A stretch of 64,000 bases of DNA. It comes from Mobula hypostoma. Its lineage: Eukaryota. Shown here piece after piece: positions 24,301-39,300 of this stretch. A program made the position numbers and the translations under genes. The first letter of the stretch is position 1, and every line of letters begins with the position of its first letter. The stretch covers positions 113,338,001-113,402,000 of the forward strand of contig NC_086107.1 of NCBI RefSeq assembly GCF_963921235.1. The letters are read 5' to 3'. The notes beneath the pieces were generated by a model. It worked only from the letters and a program-made list of their open reading frames with translations. It did no database searches and had not been told where the DNA came from.

Positions 24301-27300
24301 CACTGGATATTTTTTACAATGACCAATTAACCTACCAACCGGTGTGAATTTGGACTGTGGGAGGAAACCAGAGCACCCAGAGGAAACCCATGCGGTCACG
24401 GTGAGAAGATGCAAACTTCTTACAGACAGTGGCAGGAACTCAATAGGTTGTGGGAGCTTATCGCCACTACAACCCCCGGCTGTAACAACCTTAAGGAGCG
24501 GACCAGAGGAAGGAGCGATACACATAAAACGCTGGAGGAACTCAGCAGGCCAGGCAGCGTCTAGGAAAAGAGTACAGTCATGTGTGCTGCCTGGCCTGCT
24601 GCGTTCCTCCAGCATTTTGTGTGTGTTGCTCGCATTTCCAGCATCTGCAGATTTTCTCTTGTTTGTGACCAGAGGACGGAGCTGGGCAAGTCATGAGGGC
24701 AAGGGGGAGGAAGAGAAGGAACTAATTTGAGGCTGATACCCTCCATGAGTGCCCTAAAAACCTCCTCTTAGTTTTCTTTTGGTTTAAATACCACCTGGAA
24801 GTTCCTTTGTGGAAGAGCTGAGAGAAATTCTGCTCCGGAATTCAGGATGGGGCCCACAGCACCTGCTGGAGGGTTGCTTGTGTAGGGAACGAGGCAGTTC
24901 AGTTGGACACAAGGGCTGTTCCGCAGCTGGGAAGAGGGAACTCTGAGCATTGCTCGGTCTGTGGTCAGCCTGATTCCCTCCCCAGCACACCAGGCTGGAA
25001 GCGATGCTCCCGTGTGGTACCAGGGGAGTGCAGCATCACCACGAGAAGTTCAGCCCTTCTCTGGTGGACTTCAAAGCACCCGCAAAGCAGCAGTGAACGG
25101 ACCCAGCCCGTGGGATCTTGCTGCACACAAACTGGCTTCTACAACACAACCACAATCGCAGGTACTCAACAGAACTCGGGGACATCACGAGGTGCTGGAA
25201 GGTGCTTTAATAGAGGATAAAGATTAGTTTTATTTGTCACACGTACCTTGAAACACACAGTTAAACGTGTCGTTTGTGTTAACGACCAACACAGTCCAAG
25301 GACGTGCTGGAGGCAGCCTGCAAGTGTTGCCGTGCTTCCTGTCCCGTAACTCAAGAGCCCTGACTGGTACGTGTTTGGAATGTGGGAGGAAACTGGAGCG
25401 CCCGGAGGAGACCCACACACTCACAGGGACAAAACATGTAAACCCCTTACAGTTTGTGGCAGGGACTGAATCTGGGATGGTGACCCCGGGGTCTGCAAAG
25501 CGTTACACTAACCACAATGCTACCGTGTCGCCCCGTTTTCTGTAAATGCCAGTAATATTTGTCAACTGCACATCACCAGGAGTGACCGGGGAAGAAGGCT
25601 TCCAGGTGGAAGGAGTCGGGAGGAGGAAAAGAACAAAAAAAAGACAAGTGAAGAAGAGGTTGAACTTACTTTCGGTTTTGCACCATCCACTGGCCTTGGG
25701 AGCAGGGATCTCTGAACAAGGGTGTGTTCAGTTCGTAGCCGTCAAACCACAAAGTGATTCCATAGTCAAGGGATGGGACCTGCGAGGTGAGACAGGACAC
25801 TGAGAGAAGATGAATCAGGTCCCTGGCCCTTCACTGTGACAACTGAGTAAAGTTCATCAAAGTAGATTTATTATCAGAGTACATATATATGTCACAATCC
25901 AAAGGTTGATACGTCAGCTGGACAGATGAAGTACCCCAGGGTTCTGAAAGAGGCGGCTGAAGAGATCGTGGGAGCATTAGTAATGATCTTTCATGAATCT
26001 CTAGATTCTGGCATGGCTCGAGAGGACTATAGAATTGCAAATGTCATTCCGCTCTTCAAGAAGGGAGAGAGGCATGAAGAAAGGAAATTATAGGCCAGCT
26101 AGTCTGACCTCAGTAGTTGGGAAGATGTTGGAATTGATTCATTTTGGGATACTTGGAGACACATGATAAAACAGGCCTCAGTCAGCCTGGTTTTTCTCAA
26201 AGGAAAATCTTGCCTGAGAGATCTGCTGGAATTACTTGAAGAAATAACAAGCAGGATAGACAAAGGAGAATTGGTTGATGTTGTGTACTTGGATTTTCAG
26301 AAGGCTTTTGGCAAGGTAGCTGCTAAACAAGCTACGAACCCATGGTATTACAGGAAAGATTCGAGCATGGATAAAATAGTGGCTGATTGGCGGAAGGCAA
26401 AGAGTGGGAATAAAGGGAGCACTTATTTACTTATTGACATACAGCATGGAATCATGCCATGCCACCCAGTACCCCACGATTTAATCCTACCCAATCACAG
26501 AACAATTTCCAAAGACCAATTAACCTACCAACCAGTATGTCTTCAGACCGTTGGAGGAAACTGTGGCGCCCGGAGGAGACCCACGCAGAACGTACAAACT
26601 CCTTACAGGCAGTGACAGGATTTGAACCTGGGTCGCTGGTACTGTAAAGCGCTGTGCCAACCACTACACTACCACGCCTGCTGGTGTCTAGTGGCGTTCC
26701 TCAGGGGTCTGTGTTAGGGTCACTTCTTTTTATAATACATGTCAATGATTTGGATGATGGAATTGATTACTTTGTTGCAAAGTTTTCAGGTGATATGAAA
26801 ATTGGTGGGGGGGCAGGTAGTTTTGAGGAAGTAGGAAGACCAGAGAAGGACTTAAACAGATTAGGAGAATGGGCAAAGAAGTGGCAGATGGAATACAGTG
26901 TCAGGAAGTGTATGGTCATGCACTTTGGTAGAAGAAATTAAAGGCTAGACTATTTTCTAAATGGAGAGAAAATTCAAAAATTTAAGGTGCAAAGGGACTT
27001 GGGAGTCCTAATGCAGGATTTCCAAAAGGTTAATTTGTAGGTTGAGTCAGTGGTGAGAAAGGTGAATGTTAGCATTCATTTCAAGAGGACGAGAATGTAA
27101 AAGCAAGGATGTAACGTTGAGGCTTTACAAAGTATTGATGAGGCCTCACGGAGTATTGTGAGCATTTTTGGGCTCTTTATCTAAGGAAGGATGTGCTGAC
27201 ATTGGACAGGGTTCAAAGGAGGTTCACAAAAAGCTTGTGATACAAGGAGAGGTTGATGGCACTGGGCCTCTGCTCACTGGAATTCAGAAGAGTAAGGTGT

Positions 27301-30300
27301 GACCTCATTGAAACCTATCGTATCTTGAAAGGCCTCGATAGAGTGGATGTGGAGAGGATGTTCCCTGTGGTGGGGGAGTCTAGGACCAGAGGGCACAAGG
27401 TGGGCATCCTTTAAGAACGGAGAGGAGGAGTAATTTCTTTAGCCAGAGTGGCATAAATCTATGGAATTTGTTGTCATAGGCGGCTGTGGAGGCCAAATGG
27501 TTGGGTATATCTAAGACAAAGGTTGATAAATTCTTGATTGATCAGGGCATGAAGAGATACAGGGAGAGGGCAGGAGATTGAGGCTGAGAGGGAAATGGAT
27601 CAGCCATAATGAAATGGCGGAGCAGACTCAATGGGCCGAATGGCCTAATTCTGCCCCTGTATCTTACAGTCTTATGATCTATATCCACCCATGAGATTTA
27701 TTTTCTTCATTTTCTTGTGGGCAATCACAGCAAATACAAGAAACACAATAGAATCAATAAAAGATCATACCCAGCAGGACGGACAAACAACCGAGGTGCA
27801 AAAGACAACAAATATTGCAAGTACAAAAGACAAAACAAATAATAATAATAAATAAACAATAAATATCAAGAACGAGATGAAGAGTCCTTGCATGTGAGTC
27901 CACTGGTTGTGGGAACAGTTCAGTGATGGGACGAGTGAAGTTATCCCCTCTGGTTCAAGAGCCTGATGGTTGAGGGGGAATAACTGATCCTGAAACCTGG
28001 TGGTGTGGGTCCTGAGGCTCCTGTACCTTCCTTTTGTTAGCAGCACCAAGAAGAGAGGATGACCTACGTGGTGGGGGTCCCGAATGGCAAAGCTCCGTGT
28101 AGATGTGCTCAGTGGTGGGGAGGGCTTTACCTGTGATTGACTGGGCCAGATCCACTACTTTATGTAGGATTTTCCATTCAAGGGCATTGGTGTTTCCATA
28201 TCAGGCTGTGATGCAGTAAGTCAATATACAACAGGCGTCAGAGAACATTTCAGGAGTGCAGGAATTTGGTTATGTGTTTCATTGGAACGGGGCTGCATGA
28301 GGACATACCCGATCAAAACTTCTCCATGGACGGCTTCCAGACCGCTCCGGCTGACCGGAAGTGCACTGAGAGCGGTGAGCATAAAGGAGTTGGGTGCTTA
28401 CTGTTCTGGTTAACAACAGATGGTGCAATCTGGGTCATATTACGATCGAGGAACATGTTTGCAGACTGGATATTGAATTTTTTACTGTTGGACTTCGGCC
28501 ACATTCCACCGAGATACGACACTGGGCGGCACAGGAGGTCATTCCCGCCTGTGGCCATCGAATGTGCAGCTCCTCCCGTGGAGGGTCAGACACCCTGAGC
28601 CAATAGACTGGTCTTGGACTTATTTTCCATCTGGCATAGTTTGCATTTTGTTGTTTGATTGTTTGTGGTTTTTGTATTGCTATATTTACGCTCTATTCTT
28701 GGTTGGTGCGGCTGTAACGAAACCCAATTTCCCTCGGGATTAATAAAGTATATCTAGCTATCTATCTATCTATACTCTCCACTACACATTTCTAAAGCAT
28801 AACATCTAAAACTTTGACGTGCCAAATCTTGTGTGAACTCCGAAGGAATTAGAGGCACTGCCATGCATTCTTTGTAATTGCACTTACGCGCTGGCCCCAG
28901 GAGGACAGGTTCTCCAAAATAATAACATCAAGGAATTTGAAATTTCTGATCCTCCAATGAGGACTGGCTCATGGACCTCTGGTTTCCTCATCTTGAAATC
29001 AATAATCATCTTTTTGGCCTTGCTGACATTGAGTGAGGGGTTGTTGTTATGGCACTACCCGGCTGGATTTTTAATCTCCCCCCTCAATGCTGATTCGCCA
29101 CCACTTTTAATTGGGCCTACGTCAGTGGTGTAATCAGCAAACTGGAATATGGCGTTGGAGCTGTGCTTACCCACACAGTCCTAAGTGTAGACCGAGTAGA
29201 GCAGGGGGCTAAGCACCCAGCCTTGTGCTGACGGAGATTGTGGAGGAGATGTTGCTGCCAATCCCAATTTACTGGGGCCTGCAGGTGAGGAAACTGAGGA
29301 TCCAATTGTACAAGGAGGTATTGAGGCCAAGGCCTTGAAGCCTATTGATTAGTTTTGAGGGGATGATAGTACTGAATGCCGAGCTGTAGTCAATAAAGAT
29401 GCATCTTTGCTGCCCAGATGTTCCAGGGTCGAACGAAGACCCAGTGAGACGGCATCTGCCGTGGACCTGTTGCTCCGGTAGGTAAATTGGAATGGCTTCA
29501 AGTTGCTTCTCATGCAGGAATTGATCTGTTTCTTTGTCAAAAGGCTTCATTACTGTGGATGTAAGTGCTGCAGTAATTACCCTCAACCATCAGGCTCTTG
29601 AACAAACTTTACTCAACTTCACTTATCCCATCACTGAACCTATGGACTATCTTTCTTTCTTTATTATCATCATTTCTTTAGTTTTGTATTTGCACAGTCT
29701 GTTGTCTCTGGCACATTGGTTGATCACCCAAGGTGCTGCAGTCTTTCATTGACTCTGTTATAGTTATTATTCCATGATGGATTTACTGGGTATGCTCACA
29801 AGAAAACGATCCTCAGGGTTGTACAAGAGGACACATGTGTACTTTGATGACAGATTTACTTTGAACTTTAGTGTGGGTGTGCAGATCACTTACAGTGAAG
29901 TACCAGGTACAGTGGGCATTGGGTGGGTAATAGCTCGGAAAGTACGGCGTGCTGCAGTTGCCTTGAATGCCCCATTCTTCTCTCAAGGTGATGTTAGCAA
30001 AGCATTCTGAAACAAAAAAGACAAAGCCATGAGGATTTAATTTACACATTTAAATTGGCCACCCAGCTACAGGAAGAATGGAATTAAGCTGGAGGAGATA
30101 CAGGAAGGATGTTGCCCAGACTGGGGTTATGGGGAGAGACTGAATAGGCTGGACATAAACACAAGACATTCTGAAGATGCTGGAAACCCAGAGCAACACA
30201 CGAAATGCTGGAGAAACTCAGCAGGTCAGGCAGCATCTATAGAGAGGAATAAACAGTCGACAGTTCAGGCCTCAGCCATTCATCAGGACTTTTATTCCAT

Positions 30301-33300
30301 GAAGTTTAAGAGCCTGAGAGCCCACACTCAATGATTTCGAAACAGCTTCTTCCCCTCCACCATCAGATTTCTGAACGGACAGTGAACCCATGAACACTAT
30401 CTCACTACTTCTGTTCTCTTTTTGCACAACTTCAGGGACCAATGGGCTCACTTTCAAGACTCTTCATCTCATGTTCTCGATGTTTAGTGCTTATTTATTT
30501 GTTATTATTATTATTATTTCTTTTTGTATTTGTATAGAATGTTGTCTTTTGTACATTGGCTGTTTGTCCTGTTGGGGGTGGTCTTTCATTGATTCCATGG
30601 TGCTTCTTGCATTCATTGTGAATGCCCGCAAGAAAATGAACTTCAGGGTTGTACATGCTGACATATAGTGGCTATAAAAAGCATTTGCCCCCCCCCCCCC
30701 GGGAAGTTTTCAGGTTTTATTGTTTTATAACAATGAATCACAGTGGATTTAATTTGGCTTTTTTTTACACTGATCAGCAGAAAGACTCTTTCATGCCAAA
30801 GTGAAAGCAGATCTCTACAAAATGATCTAAATTAATTACAAATATAGAACACAAAATAATTGATTGCATAAGTATTCACTCCTTTAATATCACACACCAA
30901 ATCATCACTGGTGCAGCCAATTGGTTTTAGAAAGTCACATAATTAGTTAAATGGAGTCAAGGTGTTTCAACTGATTGTAGTAAAAATACACCTGTATCTG
31001 GAAGGCCCAACTGCTGGTGAATCAGTATCCTGGCGAAAACTACATCATGAAGAACACTCCAAGCAACTCCACACAAAGGTCAAGTCAGGAGATGGATACA
31101 AGAACATTTCCAGGTCACTGAATATCCCTTGGAGTACAGTTAAGTCAATCATCAAGAAATGGAAAGAATATGGCACAGCTGTAGATCTGCCCAGAGCAGG
31201 CCGTCCTCAAAAACTGAGTGACCGTGCAGGAAGGGGACTAGTGAGGGAGGCCACCAAGAGACCTATGACGACTCTGGAGGAGTTACAAGCTTCAGTGGCT
31301 GAGATGGGAGAGACTGCGTATACAACTGTTGCCCGGGTGCTTCACCAGTCACAGCTTTATGGGGGAGAGGCCAAGAGAAAGCCTCTGTTCAAAAAAATCT
31401 CACATGAAAGCTCAGCTAGAGTTTGCCAGGTGGCATGAGGGATACTCTGAAGTCAGCTGGAATAAGGTTCTGTGGACTGATGAAACCAAAATTGAGCTTT
31501 TTGGCCATTAAACTAAATGCTATGTTTGGCATAAGCCAAACACCGCACATCATCGAAAACACACCATCCCTATTGTGAAGCATGGTGGGGATTACATCAT
31601 GCTGTGGGGATGCTTCACTGCAGCAGGCCCTGGAAGGCTTGTGAAGGTCAAGGGTAAAATGAATGCAGCAAAATACAGGGAAATCCTGGAGGAAAACCTG
31701 ATGCAGTCTGCACGAGAACTGCGACTTGGGAGAAGATTTGTTTTCCAGCAAGACACAAAGCATAAAGCCAAAACTACACAGGAATGGCTTAAAAACAACA
31801 AAGTTAATGAACTGGAATGGCCAAGTCAGCGTCCAGACTACATCCAACTGAGGATTTGTGGCTGGACTTGAAAAGGGCTGTTCACTCACGATCCCCATGC
31901 AATCTGACAGAGCTTGAGCAGTTTTGTAAAGAAGAATGGGAAAAATTGCAGTGTCTAGATGTGCAAAGCTGATAAAGACCTATCCAACCAGACTCAAGGC
32001 TGTAATTGCTGCCAAAGGTGCATCTACTAAATACTGATTTCAAGGGGTAGAATACTTAATGTAATAATTATTTTGTGTTTTTTATATTTGGATTTAACCT
32101 AGATCACTTTGTGGAGATCTGTTTGCAACTGTCACGAGTCTTTTTCTGTTGAACTGTGTCAAAAAAAACCAAATTAATTCCACTGTGATTCAATGTTGTA
32201 AAACAATAAAACATGAAAACTTCCAGTGGGGGTGGGGGGTGGGGGAGGTATACTTCTTACAGGCACTGTATATGTACCTTGATAATAAATTTACTTTGAA
32301 CTTATTTCATTATTTGTGTGAGTGAGTGTGTGTATTATAATTTATAGTGTATTTTATGTATATTGCAATGTATTGCTGCCACAAAACAATAAACTTCATG
32401 ACATATGCCATTGATATTATTGATAAATATTATCAATGTTATCACTGTTATTGATAACAGTGATAAGTGGCTTCGTTATAGACTAGATAAGTTGAAGGGC
32501 CTGTTTCTGTGCTGTACTCCGTGACTCCATTAAACATGATTCTGAATTCTGGTTAATAATTCTGAATGATGAGGACGACAAGTTTATAAAATCATGAGGG
32601 GCAGAGACAAAGTAGCTAGTCAGTCTTCCTCGCAAGGATGGAAAGGTTAAACATTAGAGGGCACAGTTTTGAGGTGAGCGGGGAAAATGTTAAAGGACAT
32701 CTGCGAGGCAGGTAAGCGAATGGAACGAGCTGTTATAGGAAGTGGTAGAGGCAGGAAAAATTACATTGAAAAAAATATTTGGATAGGTAATAGATAGGAA
32801 AGGGTTAGATGGGTACGGACCAATGGAAGACATAGATGGGCCAAAGGGCCGGTTTCCACGTTGTATCATCTTATAAAGTAAAGAACAGAGTTAAGTTTCT
32901 CTGAGGCTCGACAATGAGCGTTACTGACTGGAGGAGACTGTTCAGCAGGATTGGAGTGAAAGCTTCATCGACTGTACCGCTGCCTCTCCTCGGTGAGATC
33001 AGGGTGAGAGAGAGTGCGAGTGTGTTTATGCAGGCAGACGGCAGGCATTGGTTTCTCACCTGGCATTGGCAGAGCCTGTGCTGAGAATCTGAAGGTCTGA
33101 GAGCTGCTGTAACGTCCCTCCTTCCAGACAATGGACATGACGTTACTGGAAGAGAGGATTTCGACTGCCGGTTCGTGCCAGTTGCATTTGTACAGGCTGG
33201 ATGGAGAAAGGACAGAACCGTTTGAAAGTGGAAGAAGCAAGAAACCATCGGGAGGCCCCTCAGACCCACACAACCGTTCCGCAACTCAGTTAGTTCGAGA

Positions 33301-36300
33301 CTTCTGGATCTCCACTCCACCTACGTCTCCTAGGAATCATCCATCTCCGTCTCCAGTGCTCGCAGTCTGATCAGCCTGTGGAGGTTGGAGGGAGTTCCTC
33401 ACTGACTCCGTGAGGAGGTCCCCGGTGCTGCTGTGAAGGTCCCAGCTTTAGTTTGGATGTGAAGGCCCCCTCCTGTACACTATGGAGAATTCAGTGGTTC
33501 AAAGCTTCACTTATTATCAAAGGCTATAACTCTGAAATTGTTCTTCTCCATAATTCTTCCTCTCAACCCCCCATGAGGCATCTCAATCACATCACTTACT
33601 TTCAGTCATACTGAACAAACTGGTCTGAGTGAACTCTCCCCTTAATTTAACTCTTTCAGCAGGATCTGATTGACATAATCAGAGTCACAGGCCCTTCAGC
33701 CCAACTGTCCCCTGCTGACCAAGCCTAGTTAAGCTAGTCCCATTTTGCCTATATCCGACACTGAACTAGTATAGTGTAATAGTGTCACGCTAACTGTTAC
33801 GTTACCATGGCGCCCCTAGTACCCTTTAAATATTTCCCTGGTTTCAGATTCTTAGGACTTTACATACCGCTATAATCCTCCGACATTCTAGGAGAAAATG
33901 TCCCAGCTTATCCTTTCTCTCCTTGCATCTCAAGCCCTCCTGTCCTAACAACACACACAAAATGCTGGAGGAACTCGGCGTCTATGGAGGGGACTAAACA
34001 GTCGACATTTCCAGCTGAGACCCTTCATCAGGACCGGAGGGAAAGGGGGCAGAAGCCTGAATAAGAGATGGGAGGGGGAGGGGAGGCGTACAGGCTGGCA
34101 GGTGACAGGTGAGATCAGGTGAGGGGGGAGGTAGGTGGGCAGGGAGGGGGGATTGAAGTATGAAGCTGGGACGTGATGGGTGGAAGTAATAATGGTGGTG
34201 TATGGCATTGGGCTAAGGACAGCTCCACCACCATATTTGCTTGCTGATGACACGGCTGTCCTTTATCGGATCAAAGGGGATGATGAATTGACATATCGGC
34301 TGGAGCTTTAAAATCTGGCTGAATGATGCCACAATAACAACCTCTTATTTAACGTCAGCAAAGCTAAGATGACTATTGACTTCAAGAGGAAGAAACCGTA
34401 GGTTCATGAGCTAGTCCTCATGGTTGATTAGAGGTGAAGAGGGTCTTTAACTTTAAATTCCTTAAACTTAAATCAGTATTTAAGTGCTATTACAAAGAAG
34501 GAAGGCATGGCAGAATAGAAGAAATTTTATTCCTTAGCAGATGGCACAGATTCAGCATTCCATCTAAAACTCTGACAGACTTCTATAGATCCACAGTGGA
34601 GAGTATCCTGACTGGTTGCACCATGGCCTGGAATGGAAACATCCAATGCCCAGGAATGGAAAAGTCTACTGAAAGTGATGGATAAGGTCCAGTCCATCAC
34701 AGGAAAAATCTTCCTCACCCATTGAGCAAGTCTACAAGGAGCACTGCTACAGGAAAGCAGAATCCACCATCTAGGCCATGCTCTCTTCTTGCTGCTGCTC
34801 AGGGAAGGAGGGACGGGAGCCTCAGGTTCCACACCACCCGGTTCAGGAACAGTTATTACTCCTCAACCATCAGGCTCCTGAACCAGCGTGGACAACTCCA
34901 CTCACCTCAACAATGAACTGACTCCACAGCGAATGGACTCACTTTTAAGGACTTTACAACTCATGATCTCAGTACTATTTATTTATTTATTTTTAATAAC
35001 TTTGGTTTCTTTTTGGTATTTGCTCGGCTTGTTTTCTTTTGCCCATCGGGGTTTGTCAGTCTTTGCATAGTCTTTCATTGATTCTATTGTATTTCTTTGT
35101 TCTACTCTGCACACTTGCAAAAATTTAATCTTAGGGTAGTATCTGGTGACATACACGTAGCTTGATAATAAAGTTACTTTGAAGGATTGAAGAAGGAGGA
35201 ATCTGATAGGCGAGGACATTATTCCCCTTCGTGACTTGCTGAGTTCCTCCAGCTTTTTGTGTGCGTTGCTCAAGATTTTCAGTCCTATTCTGAGGAAAGA
35301 CATCCTTGCCATAGAAGGAGTACAAAGAAGGTTCACCAGATTGATTCCTGGGATGGCAGGACTTTCATATGAAGAAAGACTGGATGAACTGGGCTTGTAC
35401 TCGTTGGAATTTAGAAGATTGAGGGGGAATCTGATTGAAACGTATAAAATCCTAAAGGGATTGGACAGGCTAGATGCAGGAAGATTGTGGGGATTAATCA
35501 AACCTTCTGTGATTTTTACTCTTCCTTATATCAATCAGAGTCTCCTCGAGATTCTAAATATATGAATGATTTTTTTAGATAATTTAGACTTCCCTGAGAT
35601 TTCACAGGATATGTCTTCTATGTTAGATACTCCCATTACCACGGATGAGATTAAGAATGTTATTTTCTCTATGAATTTGGGGAAAGTTCCTGGCCCTGAT
35701 GGGTTTACTGTAGAATTTTATAAATGTTTTGCTCCTTCATTAATCCCTTGGTTCTGTAGGGTTTTTGAGGCTTCATTAAAACTTGGTAAACTTCCTGAAT
35801 CTTTCAATAGAGCGTCAATCTCTCCAATATTAAAGAAGGATAAAGATCCTGCTCAATGTGCATCTTATAGACCAATATCTTTATTAAATGTTGATTCTAA
35901 AGTTTTTTCTAAGTTATTAGCAAATAGATTAGAAAAAGTACTTCCTTCTATTATTTCGGAAGACCAAACGGGTTTTATTAAAGGTCGTTACTCTTTTTAT
36001 AATATTCGCACTGTTAAATATTGTTTATACTCCCTCACAAAATGTTCCTGAGTGTGTTATCTCTTTAGATGCTGAGAAAGCTTTTGATAGAGTAGAATGG
36101 CCTTATTTATTTAAGGTGCTTGAAATGTTTAATTTTAGCTCGAAATTTATATCCTGGATTAAACTGTTATATTATTCTCCTGTGGCCTCGGTCCGTACTA
36201 ACTCTTTAAGTTCACCTTTTTTCCCTCTTTTTTGAGGTACTCGACAAGGTTGTCCTCTTAGTCCCTTATTATTTGATATTGCATTAGAACCTCTTGCAAT

Positions 36301-39300
36301 TGCCATTCGAGAATCTCCAAATATTACTGGGATAACTCGGGGCTTAAAGTCCCATAAAATATCACACTATGCTGATGATTTACTTTTATATATTCCTAAT
36401 CCCCAAAAATCCATCCCGGCTGTTTTAGAGCTATTAGCACAATTTGGTCTTTTTTCAGGTTATAAATTAAATCTTAGTAAGAGTGAACTCTTTCCGATTA
36501 ATAAACAACTTCCTTTATATTATAAATTTCCATTTAAATTGATTAATAATTATTTTTCATATCTTGGGATTAAAATTACTTGTAAATACAAAGATTTATT
36601 TAAGACTAACTTTTTACCATTAATAGACCATATTATACAACTTTCATCTAAATGGTTTCCTTTATATTTAACTTTGATTGGTCGTATTAATGCAGTTAAG
36701 ATTTTTTTTGGCCAAAATTTTTATATATATTTCAGGCATTACCAATCTTTGTTCCAAAATCTTTTTTTGACAAAGTCGACTCTAAAATTTCTTCATTTAT
36801 TTGGCAGAATAAAAACCCGAGACTGGGTAAAATACATTTACAGAAAGCTAAGAGAGATGGAGGCTTAGCATTACCTAACTTTAGATTTTATTATTGGGCA
36901 ATTAATATTCGACATATGAAATTCTGGTTACTTGACCAGGATATACTATCCATTCCTAAATGGGTAGCATTGGAATTACAATCTGCTCAGGGTTTTACAC
37001 TTGGCTCTATTTTAGGTTCCTCTCTTCCTTTTGATTTGAAACGCCTTAAACAGGTGTCTAACCCGATAGTTAAATATACCTTACGTATTTGGTTTCAATT
37101 CAGAAAATTTTTTGATCTTAATCAATTTGGGTTAGCGATTCCTGTTTTAGGTAACATATTTTTTCCTCCCTCTTTTACGGATCGTGCTTTTCAAATTTGG
37201 AAGACTAAGGGTATTTCACGGTTTTTGGATTTATTTTTAGATGGTTCCCTTATGTCTTTTGAACAATTATCTAATAAATATAACTTATCAAGAATACATT
37301 TTTTTAGATATCTACAAGTTAGAAATTTCCTAAGTACTATACTTTCTTCCTTTCCAATGCTTCCTCCTACATACATTTTAGATACTATAATCAACCTTAA
37401 TCCATGTCAGAAAGGTGCATCGGCTATGATTTATAATATTATTATGAAACTTAGGAAAGCTCCATTTGATAAGATTAGGGTAGATTGGGAACAGGAATTG
37501 GGGTTTACCATTTCTGTGGATGACTGGGGGCAGATTTTACAATTAGTCAATACTTCCTCTATCTGTGCTAAACATTCCCTAATTCAATTTAAAGTTGTTC
37601 ATAGAGCACATATGTCCAAAGATAAGTTAGCGCGCTTTTATTCTCATATTAATCCTTTTTGTGATAGATGTCCGGGGCAAATAGCCTCTTTAACTCATAT
37701 GTTTTGGTCTTGTCCTACTCTGGAAACTTTTTGGAGAGACATTTTTAATATTATCTGAAAGGTGTTGAATATAGATATCTCTCCTCACCCTATTACTGCT
37801 ATCTTTGGACTACCTAAAATTTCCAGTAATCTTTCCCCTTCAGCCCGTAGAATGATTGCATTTCTTACTTTAATGGCGAAAAGATGTATCTTACAACATT
37901 GGAAAGAGCTCAATGCTCCAACCACCTTTTTTGGTTTTCTCAGACGATATTATGCTTGAATTTGGAGAAAATTAGAAGCAATCTTTATGACTCCTCATTT
38001 AAATTTGAACAGACTTGGAGATCTTTTATTCAATATTTTCATTTAATGTAATATATACCCTTCTTGTTTTTTTTACTGTTTTTAATGGAGGTCGGGATTG
38101 AGGACGTGATTTTAAGTTGAACTCTGTTTGGTTTCAAGTTAGCCCATTGCTTTGCTTTGCTTTTAGTTAGTTGCACGGTGGGTTTTTTTTGGGGTTTTTT
38201 TTTCCTTTTCTCTATTGATATATACATAAAAATTAGTATACTATTATGTTACCTTGGTACGTTATGCTTAAATTACATTGTTTGTAGTATTTTTTTTGTA
38301 TTAATATCTTCTGTAATTTTATTATATTCTAACAGTGTATTAGTGTCTATATGGCTTACCTTTTTGTATACTTATTCAATAAAAAGATTTAAAAAGAAAG
38401 AAAAAGAAAGAAAGATTGTTCCCGAAGTTGGGGAAGTCCAGAACGAGGGGTCACAGTTTGAGGATAAAGGGGAAGCCTTTTAGGACCGAGATTAGGAAAA
38501 ACTTCTTCACACAGAGAGTGGTGAATCTGTGGAATTCTCTGCCACAGGAAACAGTTGAGGCCAGTTCATTGGCTATATTTAAGAGGGAGTTAGATATAGC
38601 CCTTGTGGCTATGGGGGTCAGGGGGTATGGAGGGAAGGCTGGGGCGGGGTTCTGAGTTGGATGATCAGCCACGATCATAATAAATGGCGGTGCAGGCTCG
38701 AAGGGCCGAATGGCCTACTCCTGCACCTATTTTCTATGTTTCTATAACATCCTTGTGAATCTTTTCTGGACCCTTTCCAGCTTAATGACATTCTTCCTAT
38801 TGCTCGGTGACCAGAGCTGCATACAATAGTCCGTGTGTGGTCTCCTGTGCAGTTGTAACAGGATGTCCCAGCTCCTGTACTTTGTGCCCTGGCTAATGAA
38901 GGTAAGCATGCCAAATGCCTTCTTCACTACTGAATCTAGCTACACCAGCACTTTCAATGGACTACGAACATAATCCTTAGCCTCTCTGTTGCACAATATG
39001 CCCCAAGTCCTGCCACTTACATTTAATTCCTGCGCCAGCTTTTTAATCCCACACTTTGCACATGGCCGCCCTAGTTTGGGCTTGAAAGATGAGCTTTATT
39101 TGTCACAGATGCATCGAAACATACTGTGCAATGGGTCGCTTTGCGTCAACGACCAAGACAGTCGGAGGATAAGTGTCGGCACGCTTCCGATGCCAGTGTA
39201 ACATGCTGCAACTCCTTAACCCCAACTGGGAGGGAACTGGAGTGCTCAGCGGAAACCCAGTCACAGGGCAAACGTACAAACTTCTTACAGGCAGTGGAAG

